From Perkinsus chesapeaki ATCC PRA-425 (taxonomy: Eukaryota; Protista; Perkinsozoa): DNA of 64,000 nucleotides. A program made the translations under genes and the position numbers. Shown piece after piece: positions 26,433-37,542 of this stretch (positions are counted from its first letter, which is position 1; each line of letters starts with the position of its first letter). The notes below the pieces were generated by a model. It ran no database searches. It was not told where the DNA came from and saw nothing but the letters and a program-made list of their open reading frames with translations. The stretch spans positions 12,670 through 76,669 of the forward strand of contig JAAPAO010000102.1 in assembly GCA_013115145.1 (NCBI GenBank). Direction: 5' to 3'.

Positions 26433-26808
26433 GGATCGTCACCCCCTAGTTCGACCATAGTAACTTCGATTTCGACGGGCAAACGAGATCTACGTTAATA
26501 TTGTCGTTTAGTAGCCTCGAGTTCCCCTGGGAGGAGGTGGTTCAAGAACTTCAAATTCGCCACAATCGTCTAGGAGTAACAATTTCGGAGCTTCAGTGAA
26601 AACAATTTCGACTATAGGAAATTCAAGCTCGACACATACTTCCTAACTCGACAAGGTTGACTTAGAATCATAGAATACCAAATCCATGCTAGAAAAGAAA
26701 AGCAATGCTTCATTAGACTAGTTGTTTTATTCAACCTCTGTGCTCTCATCTCAATCTACCGGCCTCAGTTCGATAACGCTTTGCGTTGTTTCGAGTGCAC
26801 CTGAGACC

Positions 26809-29800
26809 ATGTTGCGTTCTCAATTGCCGGGTAAACAGTATGACCTCATCTTAGGGTCCAGCGCTACCATGCTGGTATCATCATCACCACCTGTAAAGCG
26901 GTTAGCTACCATTGCTGCACCGCGTTTGGTGAGGGGGAGGAAGCCGCCGGCTAATACTCGAGATGTAACCTACTATCCTAGTACGAACGTTTGCCAAGGC
27001 ATCTATGTAGTCGCCGAAATCCACAAGCTCGATTGGCTTCTACGAGCAGCTGGCTCGCGAGAGCCCCCTGTGCAAAGCCGCACTGGAGTTGAGGTCTCGA
27101 GCAAGAACAGAACGTCGATCACCGAAGTTGCAGAAGGAATGGGCAGGGCTAGCCCGGCGTATCACCGCTTCGGTAAGTGGAGAAAATTTGCGGTTTGTGA
27201 TTTCGGCGATGGCAGGCGGGCGATTTGAAGCCCAGCGAGGCTGCGGTTTTGTGTCATTTTCTGTCGGGGAATCTCCCACAGGACCACAGGGATGCGAAGG
27301 AAGCATTGGCTGCAGTAGCTGCGTCTCACTTTTATTCGAAGCTGGCAAACTGGACGGGGAAAGTGAGTTTGGGACGGTGGAAATCGGTTTGCATTATTGT
27401 CGTTAACTTGGGCTCGTTTACCTGAGTATTTCGTCGCAGTAAGCCTCTTATGCCAGATAGATTCCGCCTAGTGGTGAAGCACGGGTTCTACGGGTCAGTT
27501 GTTGGTCGAACTGCGCCCTCGGACTGGCAGGCCAACTCTTTGTGGATAAACTAGGCAGCATCAAACCATCGTTGCTCTTCATCATCTCTGTCCGAGTTCC
27601 GGTTGAATTTTGCACACCTCGCTTAGGGCCCTTGCTCAGCGTACTTACTCTGAAACCAGTCGCCCACTGTCGCCGTCCGCCCCCGGACGAAATCCCCGGG
27701 CAGCTCGAATACCCTGCAATGCTGGCCGTTGCAACAGCACACGGCGGATGTTGCTCTGTTATTCATTTAGTGTACAGAGCATTAGGTCTGGTTTTATTTA
27801 GGAGCTCGCCATGTGGTCCACCGCGGCAACGGTACATTTCCCCATTGTCACTCGAGAGGCTTATCGAGTCTTCCTGGATCACATAGGGAAGAACATCGAT
27901 CACCTGGATGCGAACGACGCCGCTGTGCTGGCCTCAGCGCTGATGCGGAACAAGGAAAAGATGCATTCTAGTCTGAGGAAGCATGTCAACGATGTGAGAA
28001 TGCACTCTGTGGGATTCGAACCTGCGCCGTTGTGTGGCCGTATTGTTATATTGACTACTATATTGTGAACTTCGATACATTCTCTCCCACGTAATTCCAG
28101 CGTCAGTTATTCATCTCGACTCGACGTGCCTAACAAACGCGGGCCCGTTTTATAATAGTCGTATCAGGATGAGACTGCAGTATATGCTTTCTATTTGCAC
28201 TGAGCTGCGTATTCAAGACTTTCCTCCATTTACCGTAAGCTCACGTGTACGCCTCACACGCTGCAGCCTGCGGTTGTATTCAGCCTCTCGAGCTAGGTTG
28301 AGCTATTACTACCGCTGGTCTGTACTGTTCTACTGGAATATCTTCCTTGAGGGGTGAAAGTATCCCTACCGCGAAGATATCTTCTTTAAAGGGGGGAGCT
28401 CCGAATGCTAACCTCCTGAGAGTATTTGAGCATCTCTATCACTTCTTAGGTTGCGAGGAATCTGGTGAAGTCGCTTCCAGCAAAGTTGCCATCAATGACC
28501 CCGATGTCGATAGTGCAAGCTGCCCAACTAGTCCCCGCTGGCAAGGTCGGCACTCACCGGCTGATCATGCAAGAGCTGGCCACTCGAACCGACATCACAG
28601 CCGCTACGTGGGGCCAGATCCTGCGACTCTATGCCGAGGGGAATAATGAGTGGATTGGTGAGGTGTGGGGGAAGATAAACGAAGCTTTGTTGGCAGCCGA
28701 TGGCAAAACGACGGCGATTGTTCTCAACGCGCTCGCTCGAGCTCACCCGAAAAGCGCTAACATACGGCAGTTCGTTTTGCAAGTAGAGGAGCGGCCAAGG
28801 GGCTGGGACGTGCACAGTGCGGCCATCACGTGCATTTCCATGGCGAGACTTGGTCAAGTCCAGAATGCCATCGACAGCCCTGAGCTCGACGGCAACTTCG
28901 CGAAGCTGCAAGAATACCTGCTCACGCAGGACCTACGGCGATCAAGTATGTTGCAGTTGAAGCAGATTGCATTAGGGTTTTCCTTGGCCTTTAACACCAA
29001 GGTTTCTAAGGAGCTTTGGAAAGCCATAGCTTTGGCGGCTGTCGACGAGCAGATCCCGGGCACGGCGGAAGACCGAATAGGTGTCTTAGGGTGCCTGTCG
29101 ACCGGATATCCACTGGGCAAGGCAACCCGAGAAATTGAAGCGCTTGTGAAATCGGTCGGTGAGAAAACCGATTTTCGAAAGTTGAGCTCCAGAAGCCTGA
29201 ACCTGTTTACAATGAAGCTGGTCAAGATGCGATATTTTCCGAGTGACACCATGGCCAAAGTCGAGGCGTGCATTGTCGAAGATCCCGATAAGTTCGTTCC
29301 GAACGGTGAGGCCGTACTCTCGGTGATTCACTACCTATTTGCCTGCAATTCTGGCAACCTGGCGTTGTGGAAAACTGTCGAGGCCAAACTGAATGCGTTG
29401 CATGAGACGATGCGAACGGAGGATCTGTTGCCTTCTGTGGGCTTCATGACTACCTCCAACCGCCGCCCTTCGGAGAGCGTCGCAACTGATGTGTTGGCGC
29501 GTTCAGCAGAGCCGGGAGCGGACGTGCAGGAAGCTTTAAGAGCACTGGTTGGGTTGTGCAAAGCGGATCTCGCGCTTGATCTGCCTGTGCATCACCCAAC
29601 GCTGGAAATCCTGATGACTATACACAAGAAGGAGCTTCAAACGGAAGTTTTGCGCGACTGTATCGATATGGTGTGCCAGGTGGCTCTCTATTCTGGGTCC
29701 TCTGAACTGATATGCGAAATAATTTGTAATTTTTCTAAAGTCAAATTGCGGAATACCAACATGGCTTGGCTAGCTTGGTCTTCGGCTATGCTGAGCTCCT

Positions 29801-30122
29801 TGGAGCTGCTGCCGGTGTCGCTCATACGATCGATGCTACGCGTTAATCTGGATTATCGTCATCCAGTTGCAGGGCTCTGCCGTGATAGTCGGATGGCCCG
29901 AGGGGTCCAAGAAGCTCTTGTGAGCCTCGGCCACGACTTCAACGCAGAAAGCGTGATTGGCGGGTTTCAGATAGACTTTGTTTCTACGTGAGAGTTTTTT
30001 GTTGTGTTCGCAGTCCCGATCGAACGAAGTGTCCGCATTTCAGTGGGAGATTCTGGTACTCCGCAAAGCACCCGCAACCGACTAATCGGAGTGAGCTCGA
30101 TGCCAACAAAGACCGTATATAA
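26809..30122 (+). CDS. Helical-repeat (HPR/OPR-like) protein with RAP-like C-terminus, probably organellar RNA-binding
   Basis: Long 508-aa exon of Leu/Ala-rich helical repeats ending VQEALVSLGHDFNAESVIGGFQIDFV (start of a RAP-like domain); upstream exons with similar repeats (LKPSEAAVLCHFL, LDANDAAVLASAL); presequence-like N-terminus. Confidence 0.65.
28001..28028 (-). pseudogene. tRNA 3'-end relic (Leu-like), antisense, in intron 27994-28100
   Basis: GGCGCAGGTTCGAATCCCACAGAGTGCA with T-stem mismatches; lies 7 nt after the GTGAG donor. Confidence 0.6.
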
Positions 30123-30191
30123 CCCCGGCGGGACTTGAACCCGCAACCTTCGGCTCCGGAAACCGACGCGCTTCCATTGCGCCACGAGGTC
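30120..30191 (-). tRNA. tRNA-Arg(CCG), copy 1
   Basis: GACCTCGTGGCGCAATGGAAGCGCGTCGGTTTCCGGAGCCGAAGGTTGCGGGTTCAAGTCCCGCCGGGGTTA; 72-nt cloverleaf, anticodon loop TTCCGGA. Confidence 0.93.
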
Positions 30192-30439
30192 GACAAGTAT
30201 CCGAAATCAACAACTGGTTTATCGTAATAGATAACATTATGTTACCACTCTTCCGCCAAATCGTCAATGAATAAGACGAGTGAGGGCCTAAAGAGGATGT
30301 CTTTGTTTAACCTTAGATCGCAACATTTGTCTATACGACTATTCCACCGATGATGATACATACGCTACATCCGAACCAATTTAATTGGAAACTGGATGAA
30401 AGAAACTAGATAGCTGAGGTGGCTTATTCTGAAACCATT
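30120..30439. repeat. 320-bp direct repeat, copy 1 (tRNA-Arg(CCG) plus its 5' flank)
   Basis: Matches 33735-34054 with about 6 substitutions by eye, all outside the tRNA. Confidence 0.97.
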
Positions 30440-30811
30440 CATGTCAAGATATTTCTCTGTGTAGCAAATGGTGCTCAGCGGACTTCGTTGTTTGCCGCTG
30501 GTAGTTCGTCACGGGCGTGGTTCAACCTCGGTCGTAAATACAGTATACGACAAATGATTTCACTTTAGGTAATCCTCATTAAGCATCCTCATACTTGAAT
30601 GGACCATCCACCAGCAAGTTGCTTCCAATTTACAAGTAGACACGACATATTATGATTTGCTTGGAAAACTAACGAGAACAGCGACGCGAGCGCGGAGATC
30701 AGATCCTAGTCGCATTTCTGGCATTCGGCAATGGGATGGATAGTGATAGAGATAGTAACGGATTAGTCGCATTGGGCTGGGCGAAACAGCGGCGTTGTTG
30801 AAGGATTCTGC

Positions 30812-31934
30812 GGGGTGTATCTCATCTGAACCAGTATAATTACGTCCAGTGGCCAGTTGGTCCAGTGGTGTCATTTTCTCTTCTCTGTTGATCCACCATT
30901 ATTTCATCCATCGTTATTTCATCCAGCTTGGCAGTTTTGCTGTCGTTTCAAAAGAGAAATGCGTTTCAGATGTGTTCGTCCAGTACCATTTCATCCAACG
31001 TACACGTCCCGCTTCAACCCAACTGTGGTAGAGCACTTTGGGAAGCTTCATAGTATGATACAACCTAAGCAACCACGACGATACCGCAATACACGTAACT
31101 TAATAAGCTCACACATATTAATACATCAGAAATATGCGGCTGCAGAAGAGGTGTTGGAGCCTGTTTGCAACGGGTTGTTGCAGGGTGAACCTCATCGTAG
31201 GCGTCCCTTGGTGACGCGGGACCTTCTCAGCTCTGGTTAGAACAAGGCTGCAGGTTTTTAGATGAGTGACACGTATATTGACAATCAGGTAGAGAGTTAG
31301 GAGATGGGTGCCAAGTGGTTCCACAATATTGTGGGAAGTTAGCGTTACAGGTTCGCTGAAGTGTTAGTCCAAACTCTTTTCGGTTGGTACTGGGTTTTTG
31401 ATGATTGTCACCACATACCAGTCCGTAAAATAATCGGTCATATTTATCATATTGGTCTGAGGATCTCAGACAGAGAGAACTAAAGCGAGTTGGCAGGAGA
31501 CGTATATGAACCAAATTGTTAAGCGTGTGATAATATGCTTCGGCCAAGTTCGATTTTCTTTCACTGCAGCCATCACTGAGTGTTTTCGACGAACGTGGGA
31601 AGGATGTCGATGACTTGGGGCCCTTGGGTTAAATCCAACAAGATATGAGCTCGATCAAACATGTAGGGCAAGGACAATAGGCAATAAAAAACAACTAAGA
31701 GAGGAGTGATTACTAATGACTAATAGGCATATGGATTCCCCGACGGAATCATAACTCAGGCGTTTCAGAGGCAGGTTAGAGCCATGTCAGAGTTCTTCAG
31801 AGTCGCATTAGCCTAGCAGTTAGTCCGGTGGTAGCCGAAGTGAGATGGAGGGGGTGTGAGTATGAGTGTGGGTGGAATAAGAATGGACTAACTGGCCACT
31901 GGACGTAATTAGACTGGATCAGATGGGTTACCCC
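30812..31934. mobile_element. Non-autonomous TIR DNA transposon (Mutator-like), 1123 bp, 9-bp TSD
   Basis: TSD GGATTCTGC at 30803-30811 and 31935-31943; imperfect TIRs of about 45 bp: GGGGTGTATCTCATCTGAACCAGTATAATTACGTCCAGTGGCCAGTT versus reverse complement of AACTGGCCACTGGACGTAATTAGACTGGATCAGATGGGTTACCCC; no transposase seen. Confidence 0.85.
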
Positions 31935-32128
31935 GGATTCTGCGCAGTCTATGTGCATGCGTGCTATAATAATCCATAGCTAAGCGGCCGACGCGGTTGG
32001 TTATGGCCTGCCCTTGGTGTGTTCTTCATTATCACTACTATCTCTAGCGTAAGCTAACTATCCCTCAAGGTCCCTCCTGTTGTGTTAACGCATCTGAGCC
32101 TCTAGTCCTATATCAACTAACTAGTTAA

Positions 32129-32767
32129 CTAGCAATATGCACGCATGGGCCGAGTAGCTACATCGTGAGGGGGGGGCAACGTAACAATTTGATGCCATAA
32201 TTGGGGCCCAGTCAGCCACAGGAATCGTAGCCTCAGGTCAAAGGGCATGCACTGTTTGAAGCCTGGAACACCTGAGACGGAGCGGGCAATGCTCCAACGG
32301 GAAAGGTGCATGACGTGCGTTAATCGCATAACTCGCTCTGACTTTTCAAGATTTACAGTATCGCTCAAATCATAGACGCCCACAGTTGGATTACCAATAA
32401 GTCATTGTCCCTTTAGTGCAAATTCGACTCTATGGTAAGCCTTACCAGGTAAGGGCTAGCAGCTTTGATTATCAGTCCTGTAAGATGCGACTGAAAAAGA
32501 AACTCAAGGTGAGCCCAGCAGATGTAGCTTTATACGCCACGCGAGAGAAAAGCCACGAGAGTATGGTCACCGCCAGTGACTCACTAGCCGTGAAAGAGTT
32601 ATCGACATGATTAGAGACGTAGAGATCTGTTCGTAAAAGGAATGAGGGAATAGGGCGAAGCCTGTCGATGTGCGAGCAGGGACACGTGGTTCAACTTGTT
32701 TGATTGTTGCAAGTCTGACAAGGAAAGTTCCAGTCTGAGCATCCGTGCGGTGACGGCTATCCGCCAC
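32129..32767 (-). CDS. Hypothetical multi-exon protein
   Basis: Exon-like frames with GT/AG ends (MADSRHRTDAQ...TLSRL|, YICWAHLEFLFQSHL...|, VGVYDLSDTVNLEK...); 3' end unclear, lies next to the TIR element. Confidence 0.3.
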
Positions 32768-32792
32768 AGCAAACCTGTAGTGGAGAACAACT

Positions 32793-33221
32793 ATGACAGC
32801 GATGGTCTCTCATGTTCGCCATTTTCTCATCAGCGTCGTGACTAGCCTCGTTTGCCTGCCGCACGGGAGTCTGCAGTATCCCCAGGGTACATACATTACC
32901 CAGGATACCGATTGGGTAATCACTGGTAGCCTGTCCTTTCACAAAGGCGAGTCCCTGTTCGATATAGACGTAGAAATGGTATTGCGGAATTTTATTGGTA
33001 ACGAGGTTGACTGTGACGTCGTAGCTGATAACGTACCTTACAGCATGGGTCCTTCTAATGTTATCCTTATTACTATGACACCTGATTTGGAAGAAAGCTT
33101 GAGGCCTTGCTACCCCGTTGTGAAAAAAGGGGACTTCAAAAACATGACCTTCGACCCTCAGAAGGATGCTGTGGTTTATGACTACCGAGATGTGATGGAG
33201 GCATACTTTCTGAAAAAGTGA
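32793..33221 (+). CDS. Small intronless secreted protein (Perkinsus-type hypothetical family)
   Basis: Hydrophobic signal-like N-terminus, YPQGTY motif right after it, two Cys, 142 aa. Confidence 0.7.
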   Translation: MTAMVSHVRHFLISVVTSLVCLPHGSLQYPQGTYITQDTDWVITGSLSFHKGESLFDIDVEMVLRNFIGNEVDCDVVADNVPYSMGPSNVILITMTPDLEESLRPCYPVVKKGDFKNMTFDPQKDAVVYDYRDVMEAYFLKK

Positions 33222-33734
33222 AGTCGAGATATCCGTGTGGATCTAATAATCCGATAATCCGATAATCGTACTCACCCATCCTCATCTCACTTGGTTGGGT
33301 CTAACCGATCATTCGTTGATAATACAGTAGATATCTCTTTATGTATCCAACTTAAGTGTTCGAGTTTTTAAGTTCGGAGCTGAATGCATACCAATACATA
33401 CTGTAGTTCTCCTGGAGAACTTCTCCACTCCAATGATAGGCAAATTCCGTAACGGCACTACCGTAAAAACCGATGGTCAACTAGCGTACCAACACTTTGA
33501 GGCTGACGTCGATGTCTACAACTTAAAATTTGATTCTACTCACTCGCCGATTCGCTCGCCGAATTGCCTCGCGATAAAGCCAGAAGGAAAAGTGAAGGGC
33601 CTCAGTGGCAAGACAAGTCAAGGGGAAGCAAGTCTTATGCCGCAAGACAAACAGCAGGAGGGCTGCCTCGCTGCTGCGACATAACTTGCTGGCGCTCGCA
33701 ACAAACCTGGTTGAAGCAACTGACTGTACTGAAT

Positions 33735-33806
33735 TAACCCCGGCGGGACTTGAACCCGCAACCTTCGGCTCCGGAAACCGACGCGCTTCCATTGCGCCAC
33801 GAGGTC
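33735..33806 (-). tRNA. tRNA-Arg(CCG), copy 2 (identical to copy 1)
   Basis: Same 72-nt sequence as 30120-30191. Confidence 0.93.
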
Positions 33807-34054
33807 GACAAGTGGCCGAAATCAATAACTGGTTTATCGTGATAGATAACATTATGTTACCACTCTTCCGCCAAATCGTCAATGAATAAGACGAGTGAGG
33901 GCCTAAAGAGGATGTCTTTGTTTAACCTTAGATCGCAACATTTGTCTATACGACTATTCCACCGATGATGATACATACGCTACATCCGAACCAATTTAAT
34001 TGGAAACTGGATGAAAGGAACAAGATAGCTGAGGTGGCTTATTCTGAAACCATT
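33735..34054. repeat. 320-bp direct repeat, copy 2
   Basis: Matches 30120-30439. Confidence 0.97.
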
Positions 34055-34409
34055 GCAACACTGTTAACGGTTATCATGGCCTATATCGTTGTCCAAACAG
34101 GTTTTTGCTTATTCTCGAAAGAGCTATCGTAGATGTGACAGCCTACTCTTCAGTCACCCCACTATAGAAGAGGGCAGTAAGCCCTGGACGTATTCAGAGC
34201 CAGATTGAGCGGTTTCAGTCATTGCCTGCGGCTAGCAGGCCCCTATCGTTCTAGACTCGTCATTTTCCCGTCCATAAACTACTGCATGTCAGTTGGTAAA
34301 GGTACGTCGGTTTTGAAGGCACGGAGGTATGCTAACGGGAATTCGCCCTCACGATTCACATTGACGCGTTGAACCCTCAATAACTCAAATCACCACATCA
34401 AATGTTTTG

Positions 34410-35895
34410 TCAGAAAATAAATTCCTCGTCGGGGATATTGGTTCCTTTGCTATGGAGTTGCTCAACACGTTCCCGTCTGGAAGCCAATACACATTGCAAA
34501 CAAGGATATTGCTCACTAACCTGCATCTTTCCATCTCAATCCTCTTTAATTCCCGTACTCGCTCTTCTCGCTAGAAAAAGAACAACTGCTAGGGCACAAA
34601 GGTTGAGAAGGGTTAGTCTTACCCGGGCCGCTGCCTCACTAGCCAGGCGCTGTTGCTCTTCCTTAGCTCGTCGACTGAACATGAAATGCCGTACTAACTT
34701 TCAAGGAAGATTTTACGCGTTATCGTCCATAATTTTCTCAAGCTCCTCACTGCTACGCTGCTTCTCTTCCAGCTGCGATTTGAACTCATCCAAGAGTCGC
34801 CTCTTTTCGGCTGCTATCTCGACTGCCTGACGAACAATACGCGGAGCCTCTCCTTGGGAAGTCTCCGACTATGTTTTCGGAAGCATTTCACATTAGGATA
34901 GATCGAATTCTGGCACCATCGAGGAAAGCACAGTCTATGACCTACAACGTTCTCCAAGGCCTTCTCCCTCTCTTTCTCTTTTTCCTCCGCTAATCTTGTT
35001 TGGAATTCTCCACTCGCCAAAAACTCGCTCAGTCTTCTATCAACCTCTTCTACTATCCTGACCACATTAAGCATTAAGTTACCAACATTAACTCTCCCAG
35101 ACCTTTTCTCCTCCTTAGCTTCAAGGCTCTTTTCCTCACAAACCGGGAGTGCCGATATTGGACCTAACCCTACTCTGCCGAATCTTCGCACCCCTTGAGA
35201 TCAGCTGGCATCAATTTGTTACCTCTGCCCTGTGCTCGTCGCCTTCGATGTCTTTCACCTCTCAAATCCTCTTCTTCTGACTTTTCGCGTGACCGGTCCC
35301 TGATAGTGAACTTACACTTTAAACCGAAGTAAAAGTGCATTTCAGACGAGCGATTGGTGGCTGCTGAACAAGCCCATCACGCATCACATTTTGCCCGTCA
35401 GGAATCTGCGGACATGTATTGACAGCTTGTGGGACATGCGCATCGACAGCTTCTCCGTATCCCCAGGCAGGCTGCTACTCACCTTTGCCCGTCCCGGCTG
35501 CGTCTTTTATTGCCCTCGCGTTCTCGATACCCATATCCGAAGGAGTCTTCACCACGTCGCGTATCCCTACTTCTCCGTCGATGACGTTCTTCTCGCGAGC
35601 GACTTCTATCATCATCGCGACGGTGGTGATGGCGAGATCTCGAACTGTCCCTGCAAAACACGCTCATCCAGTGGCACGGAAAACTGCGTTAACCGCTAGA
35701 ATTAGCGGCCATGCCTACCTGCCCGAATGTCCGCTGCTTTCTCGACGACTCCGAGGTGACCTGATTATGGGAGCGCAAGTTTCTCTCTCCCAGTCTGGCT
35801 TTCCTCAAGCCCGCCAAGCGACCCGCTTCTCACCTTCGCTCTCGGCTTCGGTGACTTCTTGAAGATGAAGATTCCGAACGATGGTGTCGGTGCAT
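34410..35895 (-). CDS. Arginine/glutamate-rich protein (ARGLU1-like): RS-rich N-terminus plus coiled coil
   Basis: MHRHHRSESSSSRSHRSRERR..., RSRHHHRRDDDRSRSREERHRRRSR, IVEEVDRRLSEF...EKEREKALEN, SEELEKIMDDN. Confidence 0.7.
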
Positions 35896-36627
35896 CGGAA
35901 CTAACGCTCACTAAAACCGCAGCTTTGAACGTCTCACTAGACCGTCATCACTAGCCAGTTCCGGTCAGTTTTAATTAGTCAGCCAGCTTTTCTCATGATA
36001 ATGCCGCTAATTGTACCACGGGTTCCTCTCTATAGCTCGCCACAGCGTGTAGGCTACCATGCGCCAGCCGTATTGGCCTCCATCGTATCGGTGACCTCAC
36101 TACTACATGAACTCAAAGCGACGCTTTTTAATAGTCAACAATGATACATTATTCCACCAAAAGCATGGTACACTGCTAACTGCGATAAGCACGTTGAAGA
36201 ACGTAACCTCAGATGTCTTTGATGCTTTCACTCAATCTGACATAATCGGCGATGGATCACGTAATCACTACCACAATTCTACCACAACATCGCTAGCGGT
36301 ATCGCTAAGCCCCAATGAGCCAGGAATGAGCTTGGGTCTTCCCCTGCTATGTGGTCGAGATTGCGGCGGCCTCAAGGGTAGACTGCCTGGCTGCTGTTTT
36401 CCTCTGGTGCGGACTGGCGGGGTTGCCTAAATGGTAGTTTCTGATAGATGCAAGCCCAATAGAGGTGCTACCCGCTGAGGATTTGCAAGGAATGGTGGAA
36501 CCAACGACAACGCTCCTGGCAGTTGAGGAAGAGGGGTAGCGGGTACGGTGGTGTCCTACGAGGAATCAGAATCACTCTTGAATTTCATGTCTTAAAGGCT
36601 CCCCAAGTGAGTAAAAGAATAGAAAAA

Positions 36628-36701
36628 TACCCGATGCAGGATTCGAACCTACGACCATCTGCTCCGTAGGCAGACATTCTATCCAGCTGAACTAATCGGG
36701 C
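36628..36701 (-). tRNA. tRNA-Arg(ACG), antisense within a probable + strand intron (36607-36737)
   Basis: GCCCGATTAGTTCAGCTGGATAGAATGTCTGCCTACGGAGCAGATGGTCGTAGGTTCGAATCCTGCATCGGGTA then TTTTT; 74 nt. Flanked on + by GTGAGT and CTCTTTTCAG. Confidence 0.95.
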
Positions 36702-36737
36702 GATGATTTCTTTCCTCAAATCGAATACTCTTTCAGA

Positions 36738-37264
36738 TATTACCTCTGCGTCGGGGGGAGGATACATCGGTCTGGTCGCTGAAGACTCCTGAATGCACAA
36801 AATTGAACGGCGCCGAACACTCGTTCAAGTCGGCGGCAAACAACGCGAAACTATTTTATAGACTTCTCCTTACCACATCTGTTGCTTCGATTTCTCCACC
36901 AAACGAGACCGTGGGTGGTGAACTAGGGACTGCTCCAGATACCTATAACACAGCGTACTCATCTCCGCACATGACACGTGACAAGCCCAATTACCTCCGA
37001 GAACCGATGTCTTCCCAAAGACGCTCTTCCACTACTGGAGAACAACTAACTACTCCATATGATACAATGTCCTACCTCATCGACCCTCGCTTTAACGAGC
37101 TCCGCTGGGAAGTTCGCTGCCGCACGTCCTACAACAGCAAGACTATGCCCTCCGAAATCATGTCGCTTTACTTCCTGTATTCTCGCCAACTCTCGCATGC
37201 GCTCCGACACAGCCACGAGGCCCTCCTCCAACTGCAAGAATCTCGCACCCACACTCTAAGATAG
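36738..37264 (+). CDS. Hypothetical protein (exon after the tRNA-Arg(ACG) intron; 5' exons unresolved)
   Basis: Open frame from the AG at 36737 continuing into ORF 36803-37264. Confidence 0.35.
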
Positions 37265-37542
37265 TTTCCGTCCCAACAACTGTGAGAACTCCCTACCTGT
37301 TCCACCAGGCTCAGAATCCTGCCTTCAATCGAGGGGAGGTCTCCGTCACCATCCTCGCCAGCATTATCGTGGACCGCTGGAGCATCGCCACTCCTGATAG
37401 GCGCCAATTCTAACCAGCCGAGGCCTCATTAGTACGTCGGGAGCTCTGAACTCCTCGGGGACACCTTTGCCTGTTTCGGCATCTCTCTAATCATCCGATG
37501 AGTTCGTTCTGAGGGAATTTTCAAATCTCGCGCGCCACAAAA

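Noticed and set aside
30636-30710. DTTYYDLLG, resembling a DnaJ domain start
   Set aside because: The frame loses J-domain similarity immediately and there is no HPD motif; at most a small relic.
30120-34054. LTR-retrotransposon interpretation of the 320-bp direct repeats
   Set aside because: No TG...CA termini, no gag/pol ORF, and the tRNA is inside the repeat rather than acting as a primer-binding site.
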